Positions 33,319-42,582 of a stretch of DNA of 64,000 nt are shown piece after piece. This DNA comes from TPA_inf: Saccharomyces. Taxonomy: Eukaryota. Positions within the stretch are counted from its first letter, which is position 1; each line of letters begins with the position of its first letter. The stretch lies in NCBI GenBank assembly GCA_000146045.2, contig BK006949.2, positions 736,001 through 800,000 on the forward strand, written 5' to 3'. The notes under the pieces are model-generated. The model saw only the letters and a program-made list of their open reading frames with translations, did not search any database and was not told the origin of the DNA. Made by a program: the position numbers and the translations under genes.

Positions 33319-33659
33319 TGTTGTATCTCAAAATGAGATATGTCAGTATGACAATACGTCATCCTGAACGTTCATAAAACACATATGAAACAACCTTATA
33401 ACAAAACGAACAACATGAGACAAAACCCGTCCTTCCCTAGCTGAACTACCCAAAAGTATAAATGCCTGAACAATTAGTTTAGATCCGAGATTCCGCGTTT
33501 CCACCACTTAGTATGATTCATATTTTATATAGTATATAAGATAAGTAACATTCCGTGAATTAATCTGATAAACTGTTTTAACAACTGGTTACTTCCCTAA
33601 GACTGTTTATATTAGGATTGTCAAGACACTCCGGTATTACTCGAGCCCGTAATACAACA
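33319..33659 (+). mobile_element. Solo sigma element (Ty3 LTR), about 340 bp.
   Basis: It begins TGTTGTATCTCAAAATGAGATATGTCAGTATGACAATACG and ends ...CTCGAGCCCGTAATACAACA, matching the Ty3 sigma termini. It lies 17 bp from the 5' end of tK(UUU), the canonical Ty3 integration position upstream of Pol III genes. Confidence 0.85.
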
Positions 33660-34860
33660 GAGCGTCCTTAATAAATATTTCTATAAATATTTGATGTTTA
33701 CCTTCCGAAAAAGGTACATTGCCAACCTTATTTGATAAATGTGTAAACTAAGATAAGTGTTGAGATCGGATTTTGATAAAGGCATTTGTTTGGGGTGTAT
33801 GAGTTGGGAAAAGAAACAACAATCATCTCTTGACCAGTTTTCCTACTACTAGTGTGTTATCATATAGCGTAAGAGTATGACATAGAGATTGAGAAACAGA
33901 AACTGAATCATAACGAACATCACAGAATTTACATTTCTACACAATTTTCAGAAAAAGTGGAGTGGTGATATATGCTTATTGTTCTACAAGTTCTCTTCAT
34001 GCGTTTTTGTTTATCTATCTTATTGAATTATTATCTTCATGCATTTATACTTATTAAATTCGATGAACATTTCATATTATTTTTATATGCTTCATAATTC
34101 ATGTTACTACGATCTATACAGAGTATTATCGTAATGTCTTACCTTTAGCTTGTCACTTAACACATGCACTGCATTTCGAAAAGATGCTTAAGCAAGTTTA
34201 TCATAATTTGGGAGTGTTCGGTGAATTTATACAGAAAGCCCCTCCAACGTCTTATTGATAATGTATATTTAGTTCATTTACCAAAATACTATCAATTCAT
34301 CAACCTCCAAGTGGTTTTGACTAAACAGCCCACAATTGACATATGTGACTGCTAAGCAGACCTTTCTTGAAGTAAATTTCAGGGAAACTAAGCTACGGCC
34401 TTTCCAAAATATGGGCAGGAACTGCTTAATCCTTTCCTTTTATTAGATAAGCACTTTAGTATTTTTGTTTTTCATGGCCTTATCCTACGTTATTGTCGTG
34501 AAAGAAATGGCAGAAATTTCTGTTGTACATAAATTACTAACTGCCTTACCTTGAAAACGGTTTTATTACAAAAATAGGGGTCAAGTGTTTTGTTATCCCT
34601 GTTGTTGTTGTTTTATAAGTCCTAATCTCGCTTGAATATCGCCCATATTCACACCCTGTTCTTGACCGTCTACTAAGGTGCCTTAGGGGGACTCAAACTT
34701 AAGATCGCCTTCTACGCGTTTTATGCTATGATCATTAGTGTTGATGCATCGGAAGTTTAAAAATTAAGTGCGAGTGCATTAGCACAGTGGAATTATTAGA
34801 ATGACCACTACTCCTTCTAATCAAACACGCGGAAATAGCCGCCAAAAGACAGATTTTATT

Positions 34861-34990
34861 CCAAATGCGGGTAACTATTTGTATAATATGTTTACATATT
34901 GAGCCCGTTTAGGAAAGTGCAAGTTCAAGGCACTAATCAAAAAAGGAGATTTGTAAATATAGCGACCGAATCAGGAAAAGGTCAACAACG
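34861..34990 (+). promoter_or_regulatory. CLB2 G2/M UAS: candidate Mcm1 (CArG-like CC-N6-GG) and Fkh (RYMAAYA) composite elements.
   Basis: CCAAATGCGG (34861-34870) with GTAAACA on the opposite strand at 34890-34896. CCGAATCAGG (34966-34975) flanked by GTAAATA (34953-34959) and GTCAACA (34981-34987). These lie 660-790 bp upstream of the CLB2 ATG, consistent with the known distal location of the CLB2 cluster UAS. The exact published site sequences were not verified. Confidence 0.5.
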
Positions 34991-35652
34991 AAGTTCGCGA
35001 TATGGATGAACTTCGGTGCCTGTCCCTCGAGGAAATAGCAAACTCGTTACAGCTAGCATCTCATAGCATGGGCATAGAGTTTCAGAAATTTTGCTCTTAA
35101 TGGAAAATATAACCTCTTTGGGGAAAAGAGAAATAGATCCTTTCTCAAAAATTTAGAAAGGAAAAAAAATCAAAATATAATAAAATAGATTTTTTTTAGG
35201 TTAATTTTTTGCCAATTTAGCTAGACTTTTGAAAAGATCCAAAAATTTACTAAAATTGAATCTTTCTGGTATTAATTTTGTCCTATACCTCAAGAAGTAA
35301 AGTATTCTCGAATTGATACTTCTGAAAAGCGAAAGAAATATAGCTAAAGGATACTGGTTATTTATTCTTTCTTTTTTTCTTTCTTTTTGATTGAGCCAGT
35401 GTATAATAAAAACCTACTGCGAGCTATTCAATAAATTGACATAGAATATCTGTTGAAGCGGTTCTTTGATTGAGCATCTGTTTTCCTTTTGTATTTTTGT
35501 CCTTTTAGATTCTTTTAACGACATTGGAGAAATTTTAATCATTGTATAAAAACTTCATTCGCTCGTTTGTCAGAAGTTTTTTTATAACTTGCTATTTCCT
35601 TCCAAGAAGCCTTTTATTGATTACCCCCTCTCTCTCTTCATTGATCTTATAG

Positions 35653-37128
35653 ATGTCCAACCCAATAGAAAACACAGAAAACTCACAGAATACTAGTTCA
35701 TCAAGGTTTTTGAGGAATGTACAAAGGTTGGCCTTAAACAATGTAACAAATACGACATTTCAAAAGAGTAATGCGAATAATCCAGCCCTAACAAATTTCA
35801 AATCTACACTAAACTCAGTAAAGAAGGAGGGAAGTCGGATTCCTCAATTTACTAGAGAAAGCGTATCAAGATCAACAGCCGCACAAGAGGAGAAAAGAAC
35901 CCTGAAAGAAAATGGTATCCAACTCCCCAAAAACAATCTTTTAGATGATAAAGAAAACCAAGACCCAAGTAGTCAGCAATTTGGTGCGCTAACTTCTATA
36001 AAGGAGGGGAGAGCTGAGCTGCCTGCAAATATAAGTTTACAAGAATCCTCCTCAGCGAAGGAGATAATCCAGCATGATCCCCTAAAAGGCGTTGGATCAA
36101 GCACTGAGGTAGTCCATAACTCGGTAGAAAACGAAAAACTTCATCCAGCTAGAAGTCAACTTCAAGTTAGAAATACCGAAAGTGAAACTGATAGTGGAAA
36201 AAAAAGACCAATTTCTACAATTGTTGAACAAGAACTGCCCAAAAAGTTTAAAGTGTGCGATGAAAATGGCAAAGAAGAATATGAATGGGAAGACCTAGAT
36301 GCAGAAGATGTAAATGATCCATTCATGGTCAGCGAGTACGTCAATGATATATTCGAATATCTCCACCAACTAGAGGTCATTACTCTTCCAAAGAAGGAAG
36401 ATCTCTATCAGCATAGAAATATTCATCAAAATCGAGATATCCTAGTTAATTGGTTGGTTAAAATCCATAATAAATTCGGCTTATTACCGGAGACTTTGTA
36501 TCTTGCCATTAACATAATGGACAGGTTTTTAGGTAAAGAGCTAGTTCAACTGGATAAGTTACAATTGGTTGGCACATCATGCCTTTTCATTGCCTCTAAA
36601 TATGAAGAGGTCTATTCTCCTAGTATAAAACATTTCGCATCAGAGACAGACGGTGCATGTACGGAAGATGAAATCAAAGAAGGGGAGAAATTCATTTTAA
36701 AGACATTGAAATTTAACCTAAATTATCCCAATCCGATGAATTTTCTGAGAAGAATTTCGAAAGCAGATGACTACGATATACAGTCTCGAACTCTTGCCAA
36801 ATTCTTATTAGAGATATCATTGGTAGATTTCAGATTTATTGGGATACTACCCTCATTGTGTGCAGCAGCTGCGATGTTTATGTCGAGAAAAATGTTAGGT
36901 AAAGGTAAATGGGATGGAAATCTAATACACTATAGCGGCGGGTATACTAAAGAAGAACTTGCGCCCGTGTGTCACATGATAATGGATTATCTAGTGAGTC
37001 CAATTGTTCATGATGAATTTCATAGAAAATATCAATCTAGAAGATTTATGAAAGCTTCTATAATTTCCGTCCAATGGGCTTTAAAGGTTAGAAAAAACGG
37101 CTATGATATAATGACCTTGCATGAATGA
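35653..37128 (+). CDS. CLB2: Mitotic B-type cyclin.
   Basis: 491-aa ORF, the same length as YPR119W. Cyclin box (MRxILVDWLV...FLASKYEE) and a destruction-box-like RxALxNVTN near the N-terminus. Confidence 0.95.
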   Translation: MSNPIENTENSQNTSSSRFLRNVQRLALNNVTNTTFQKSNANNPALTNFKSTLNSVKKEGSRIPQFTRESVSRSTAAQEEKRTLKENGIQLPKNNLLDDKENQDPSSQQFGALTSIKEGRAELPANISLQESSSAKEIIQHDPLKGVGSSTEVVHNSVENEKLHPARSQLQVRNTESETDSGKKRPISTIVEQELPKKFKVCDENGKEEYEWEDLDAEDVNDPFMVSEYVNDIFEYLHQLEVITLPKKEDLYQHRNIHQNRDILVNWLVKIHNKFGLLPETLYLAINIMDRFLGKELVQLDKLQLVGTSCLFIASKYEEVYSPSIKHFASETDGACTEDEIKEGEKFILKTLKFNLNYPNPMNFLRRISKADDYDIQSRTLAKFLLEISLVDFRFIGILPSLCAAAAMFMSRKMLGKGKWDGNLIHYSGGYTKEELAPVCHMIMDYLVSPIVHDEFHRKYQSRRFMKASIISVQWALKVRKNGYDIMTLHE

Positions 37129-37595
37129 GAAGAGGGGCAGATGCTTAAAATATCTAAAACGATAATCGATAAATGTCCATATAAAATGTATGGCTGCTTT
37201 TTAATCATTTCTTTTCACATTTCCATTTATTCTTACAAATTTCACACCCAATTTTAGCGCCTTTCATTCTGTTATTTTTAAACTGACGATAAAAAATCAT
37301 TCGAAGCCTAAGATTTCCAAAATAAAACTCCATTTTTATTCTCACTAATAACACCACACCATTAATTTTAATTTTTTAATTTTAATTTCAGATTTGTACC
37401 ATAAGTTTTATTCTATTTCAGTTCAACCGTTTCCGGATGCATGTAGCGAGGGTAGACAAAGAAAAGCATCAGTATCGGATGTTGATATTATGGGAAATAT
37501 CATAACCTTAGTCTCTTAAAAAATGCTGCTTTCTTCTCATTTTTCATTTCTTTTAAAATTATTTCAGTATAGTTATTATAATTAACATTGGAATA

Positions 37596-37800
37596 ACATT
37601 AATAATAATAATTTTTTAATAGTAATAATGATAATAATAATAATAAAAATAAAAGAATAAATTTAAAAACAAAAAAAATTCTAATATTAATGATGATAAT
37701 AGTAGTAATACTGGTGGTATTATATATGTTGAAGTGAACACGCATATCACTATAAACTATATATACATATATATAGATAGATAGATAGATGCAAAAAATT
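37596..37800. repeat. AT-rich microsatellites, (TAA)n and (GATA)4, in the convergent CLB2-CLB5 3' intergenic region.
   Basis: aataataataat...gataataataataataaaaataaaa at about 37596-37665 and atagatagatagatagat at about 37770-37790. Confidence 0.8.
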
Positions 37801-37874
37801 TTTTCCTTTTAGTTCAGCAAAAAGAAAAGAAAATGTAAAGAGTATGCGAATTCATGAGCATTACTAGTACTAAT

Positions 37875-39182
37875 CTACTTAAGATTAAATAGATTTTGAA
37901 AGTTGCTATGCATTTCGGATGTACACCACTTGAAAGTTTGGAAATAAACAGAGCCATACCTTGGTTTCTTGTACTTCAAAATCAATGAATCTAAATGAGT
38001 TTTGGAACTAGCGATGTCTTTGACTAGATCAATGCAGAGAGACTGAAACGCTTCATCGTGTATTGGATCGATACCACCACTGTAATGCTGTAGTGTTCCA
38101 TTCCATAGCTCGTTCTTGTTTCTGTTGGTCATTCTTCTCGCTATATACATTGCCATTGCGCTTACGGTAGATGGAGGTAAATGAATGAATTGGTGGCAGC
38201 AGTAGGCATACTCTAAAATAAACTTACCAATATTTCTATTAACCGGATCGTAATCATCTGCCTTGGAGATCCTCCTTAGGAAATTGAGTGGGTTGGGCCA
38301 ACCAATGTTGAATTCTAAGGAAGTGAGCATGAACATTTCCGCATTTTTTATGTCGTTTTTAGAAGCCGCGCCGTCAGTGATATAAGCGTATTCAGCTAGT
38401 TTGGGCAAATTTACCTCTTCAAATTTTGCCGCGATGAAAAGTGAGGTAACTGCCAATAATTGTAACTTGTTCATCGTAACTTTATTTTTAGCTAAAAATC
38501 TATCCATTAAGTTTATGGATAGGAATAACGTTTCCGGATAGCATTGAAATTTTTCGTGCACCTCTACCAGCCAATCCACTAATATTGTTCTCATGGAAGG
38601 CCTCAAATAATACTTGGACGTTTTGTCGAGTAAATAGTTGTGCGATGGTAACGTTTCTAATTCTCTTCTATATAAAAATGCAAAAATTTCAGCAGAATAT
38701 TCTGCTACCATTGCAGTATCATCTTTTTCAACATAATCTAGGTCCTGCCAGCCTACTATTTCACTCACTCCTTCAGCGTCTATTCTGCGTTTTTTGTTCA
38801 CTATCGAAGCAGCATCATCATCTTCTCCTTCTTCTTCTTCTTCTTCTTCTTGCTCTGCTGCCGTTCGATCGTTATATATCTGTCTTTTTTGAACGGCGCT
38901 AACAATAGGTCTAATGTTTTCTTCTCTTCGTACTTTGGCCGCCTTGCTCCCTGCTACTATTCTCTTGTTCTGGCTTAAAGGATTATTGTTCACTGGTACA
39001 TCTGTTAAAGCCCTTCTTGGTTTAGAATCCTGAACCTGCTGCTTACTAGAGCTGTCATTTTTTGAAAGGGCCCTTTTATTTTGAAGAATCTTTAGGTTTG
39101 AATTGCACAACTGCCTCTCATTTTCATTATAAATCATAGAATTTCTTTTAATACTCTGCTCATGGTCGTGGTTCTCTCCCAT
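37875..39182 (-). CDS. CLB5: S-phase B-type cyclin.
   Basis: 435-aa ORF, the same length as YPR120C. Cyclin box present. An acidic (GAA)n-encoded EEEEEEEEGEDDD tract lies at about 38820-38860. Confidence 0.95.
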   Translation of the reverse strand: MGENHDHEQSIKRNSMIYNENERQLCNSNLKILQNKRALSKNDSSSKQQVQDSKPRRALTDVPVNNNPLSQNKRIVAGSKAAKVRREENIRPIVSAVQKRQIYNDRTAAEQEEEEEEEGEDDDAASIVNKKRRIDAEGVSEIVGWQDLDYVEKDDTAMVAEYSAEIFAFLYRRELETLPSHNYLLDKTSKYYLRPSMRTILVDWLVEVHEKFQCYPETLFLSINLMDRFLAKNKVTMNKLQLLAVTSLFIAAKFEEVNLPKLAEYAYITDGAASKNDIKNAEMFMLTSLEFNIGWPNPLNFLRRISKADDYDPVNRNIGKFILEYAYCCHQFIHLPPSTVSAMAMYIARRMTNRNKNELWNGTLQHYSGGIDPIHDEAFQSLCIDLVKDIASSKTHLDSLILKYKKPRYGSVYFQTFKWCTSEMHSNFQNLFNLK

Positions 39183-39514
39183 TGTTCAGTAAAGGTGTTC
39201 AGCGGCTTTAAATACAGGGAAAAGCGCGTTACTGCTAATTATTAAGCTTATTTTGCTTTGTGTGAGACAACTAATTGGCCGTGAAAAGCTTTAGGTGATT
39301 GAGTCTCTTGAAGTACAAAGACAAAAAGACTTCAATAGATAGACAGAAAAAAAACTTTTCTTGAGAAGCTTAAGAATTAGTTCCAAGTAGCTTCTAATAA
39401 ACCGATGAACGCAAATGAAGTTCCCTTCGCGGTAGATGGCAGTAGCTATCGGCAGTCACTAGGAAAAGTGAGTTTAGCACAGATATGCTGTGGGCGCTAT
39501 CCCAATGTGGGCAA

Positions 39515-39592
39515 AGCGCGTGAACATCACGACGCGCCTTCCCGTTAAATTTTGTACCATCAAGGGCGCGTCTTCACTCGAGATGCGCGTTC
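39515..39592 (-). promoter_or_regulatory. Cluster of MCB-like (ACGCG) MBF elements in the CLB5 promoter.
   Basis: aaaGCGCGTgaa, cGACGCGCc, gGGCGCGTCt and aTGCGCGTt within about 80 bp, 330-410 bp upstream of the CLB5 ATG. CLB5 is a classical MBF (Mbp1/Swi6) G1/S target. Confidence 0.65.
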
Positions 39593-39764
39593 TTTTGCTG
39601 GTTCTTTTCACTGAGGGCACAGAATATGATACCCACAGTATGACAAGTTTTAATCGAGATAGTTTGACGTTCGTTTTTTACTTTGAATATACTCGTAGTC
39701 TTTTTACTTTTTGAGTATAAAAAAAAAATGACTAGCAAAATAAAATTAGTAGTCTAAAAAAGAA

Positions 39765-39836
39765 AGCTCGCACTCAGGATCGAACTAAGGACCAACAGAT
39801 TTGCAATCTGCTGCGCTACCACTGCGCCATACGAGC
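39765..39836 (-). tRNA. tC(GCA): tRNA-Cys (GCA).
   Basis: The reverse complement reads GCTCGTATGGCGCAGTGGTAGCGCAGCAGATTGCAAATCTGTTGGTCCTTAGTTCGATCCTGAGTGCGAGCT. This is a 72-nt match to yeast tRNA-Cys with anticodon GCA. Confidence 0.9.
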
Positions 39837-40092
39837 TTTTGAATTATGGTAATTTTGATTATCCTAGAATGTTATATCTCAATATCTCAATATATTTTGG
39901 ACATCTATGAAACACCCATAAAGCAGCCGCTACCAAACAGACAAGATTCAGTATGTAAGGTAAATACCTTTTTGCACAGTTAAACTACCCAAACTTATTA
40001 AAGCTTGATAAATTACTGAAATTCCACCTTTCAGTTAGATTCAGGCCTCATATAGATTAGATATAGGGTACGTAACATTCTGTCAACCAAGT

Positions 40093-40413
40093 TGTTGGAA
40101 TGAAAGTCTAAAATGTCATCTATTCGGTAGCACTCATGTTACTAGTATACTGTCACATGCGGTGTAACGTGGGGACATAAAACAGACATCAAATATAATG
40201 GAAGCTGAAATGCAAAGATCGATAATGTAATAGGAATGAAACATATAAAACGAAAGGAGAAGTAATGGTAATATTAGTATGTAGAAATACCGATTCAATT
40301 TTGGGGATTCTTATATTCTCGAGAGAATTTCTAGTATAATCTGTATACATAATATTATAGGCTTTACCAACAATGGAATTTCGACAATTATCATATTATT
40401 CACCAATTAATCA
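40093..40413 (+). mobile_element. Solo delta LTR (Ty1/Ty2 class), diverged, about 320 bp.
   Basis: It starts TGTTGGAATGAAAG and contains the delta hallmark TGGAAGCTGAAATGCAAAGATCGATAATGTAATAGGAAT...TTCTCGAG.... It ends ...TTAATCA. It lies about 260 bp upstream (5' side) of tC(GCA). Confidence 0.75.
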
Positions 40414-40424
40414 CAAGTTGGTAA

Positions 40425-40530
40425 TGAGTTTGATAACAAGTTACTTTCTTAACAACGTTAGTATCGTCAAAACACTCGGTTTTACTCGAGCTTGTAGCAC
40501 AATAATACCGTGTAGAGTTCTGTATTGTTC
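40425..40530 (+). mobile_element. Sigma-like (Ty3 LTR 3'-end) fragment adjacent to the delta.
   Basis: GTTACTTTCTTAACAACGTTAGTATCGTCAAAACACTCGGTTTTACTCGAGCTTGTAGCACAA aligns with the sigma 3' end GGTTACTTCCCTAAGACTGTTTATATTAGGATTGTCAAGACACTCCGGTATTACTCGAGCCCGTAATACAA seen at 33590-33659. This suggests nested, decayed LTR insertions at a tRNA hotspot. Confidence 0.5.
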
Positions 40531-41117
40531 TTCTTAGTGCTTGTATATGCTCATCCCGACCTTCCATTTTTTTTTTCTTGGAATCAGTACATAGCAGGTA
40601 TGAGTTGTTAGAGCTGTTACAAGTTACGGTAAACATTTCAACACACCGTTATTTAACGAATTTATTTGAGAAAGTGGTGTATTTTAAGATATATGTTTGG
40701 TTTCGATTGTTGGCAAAGACTATAATATTATGCATATAGGATATACCAAAAATTCTCTCTGAGGATATAGGAATCTACAAAATGAATCTACATTTCATTT
40801 TATTACGTCATATATGAATACTAGTCAATAGATGATAGTTAATTTTTATTCTAGCATATATTTAAGTTTGTTTGCGAAACCCTATGCTCTGTTGTTCGGA
40901 TTTGAAATTTTAAAACTACATTAATGTGTTAGTTTTTCTTTCTTTCTTTCTTTGTCTTGACGTGATTTGGACTTCTGTCTTGCATTCGCGTCCATTCATC
41001 TGACCCAATATTCCTTTTGGTTTTGTTATCCTTATAAAAAGAAAGGAAGCTTCTTAGAGGGAAAAAAATGATGAAGAGTAATGCCAAAATATAAATAAAT
41101 AAATAAATATGAAAATC

Positions 41118-41564
41118 ATTTTCTATTTTTAATAGAATAAGAAGAGCATCTTAAGATTACAATTTCAAGAAATAGTTTACACAGTATATCCAATAACTCC
41201 AATAAACTACTTTCCTATACAAATTTCTATGGTGGGATTAATAGTAAAACTTCTGTACTTCTCTAATTCACCAAGAAATTAAGGTAAACATCTGGTAAGC
41301 ACTATCCAGCTTTTTGCTATTACACATATGGCTTTTCTGCAATCATTTCTTCCCATTTTGTCTCAAGCCGTTAGTCTTGAAACCACAGGCGGAGTAGAGT
41401 TACTTGATGCGGTATTTTACATGCCTTTTTTCACTGCAAAAAAAATGAAATACATATTTACACGATTTGCAGGACAGTTTACGATAGTGAGTATGCAGAA
41501 TAGTTAACACCTTTGTTTTATCCTTTTGTGTCTTAATTATATGATATAAAGGCGCCTGGCGTTA
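41118..41564 (+). repeat. Left copy of a ~450-bp direct repeat; the partner is at 45551-46014.
   Basis: About 90% identical to 45551-46014 over about 450 bp, e.g. AGAAATAGTTTACACAGTATATCCAATAACTCCAATAAACTACTTTCCTATACAAATTTC...GTAAACATCTGGTAAGCACTATCCA...TTTGTTTTATCCTTTTGTGTCTT.ATTATAT.ATATAAA.G.GCCTGGCGTTA. Confidence 0.85.
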
Positions 41565-41845
41565 TCGGATAGTAATAGATGCTAGTTATCAACATTTCAC
41601 AATTGAAGGAAATAAAGTTGAAGTACTCAACAAAAACTTACTTCAGAATTAAATTTTTGGGGGGAACATAGGCATCCTATGACAGGTGACCACAAGCCCC
41701 TCAACGCAATCTAATATTTTACAAAGTGGTAAAATTCTTTCGTTCTTCGTTTTAATATACAGTCATTTATTGATTCTATTACATTAATATTCCTACGCTT
41801 CGGCTCACATAATTAACAGGACTTCGAGTCCGTTAAACTTGGGAT

Positions 41846-42197
41846 CAACTAATTTCTACGGATTAGTGCTTATGCCTGATGTACTGCCATATATGGTGTT
41901 ATGATATCACATAAATGACGAGAAACGGCCATCGAATTTAGTGGAAGCTGAAATGTAAGGATTAATAATGTAATAGGATAGTAAGTGCCGACGTGTGAAA
42001 CGAAAGAACGAATTGTAATTTTACCATGTAAAGCTGCCCACTCTTTTTTGGGGATTCCTTTACCTACGAGAGGGCCTGTTAGAATATATGCAATAAAGCC
42101 ATTCTTATCAGAGATAGACTCCAAACAACCACCTCAAAACCCACTTTTTCCTCAAGTCTGCCTAAACTCAAAAATTATATGATAGATGTTCTCAGGA
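41846..42197 (+). mobile_element. Diverged solo delta-like LTR.
   Basis: ...ATCAACTAATTTCTACGG...CCATATATGGTGTTATGATATCAC...AATTTAGTGGAAGCTGAAATGTAAGGATTAATAATGTAATAGGATAG...GGGGATTCCTTTACC... ending ...GTTCTCA. It is homologous to the Ty1 delta core but heavily diverged. Confidence 0.6.
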
Positions 42198-42582
42198 GAA
42201 TTGGGTATTCAGAAGAACATTCGTAAGACAGGCCAAAGTAATATGAACTGCCTCTGCTTAATGGAATAACGTGATTTTTGTACCAAATTGCCTATTTCAG
42301 ATTCGGCGTGCGCTTCCTTTATTCGCATAGCACGCAGAGTACAATGTGGCATTAAACCCTATTGTCCTGCACGGAAGATCCTTGCAGGAATCAAATACTG
42401 CCTTTCACTTTGCAACCTCTTAATCACATAGTAGCACCTATAGACACGTATTCTATTCTCTATTATAATGTTGTTCAAGATTGGATATTGGAAACCTTTA
42501 GAGCAGTGCAATTTGGCAAGAGATAATTCCAGTATTTAAACAGTGGATAAATATACAATTTCCAAAGCAGTATGCCTTTCCT

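Noticed and set aside
33135-33362. 75-aa minus-strand ORF overlapping tK(UUU).
   Set aside because: It sits exactly on the tRNA-Lys gene and its intron, so it is an artefact of tRNA sequence.
37129-37874. Possible ARS (replication origin) in the AT-rich CLB2-CLB5 convergent spacer and other AT-rich intergenic regions.
   Set aside because: I could not find an unambiguous 11/11 match to the ARS consensus WTTTAYRTTTW by eye. Without a systematic scan or origin-mapping data I do not report an ARS.
38585-38902. 105-aa plus-strand ORF antisense to CLB5, with a poly-Leu run.
   Set aside because: The poly-Leu run is the antisense of the (GAA)n poly-Glu repeat in CLB5, so it is an artefact.
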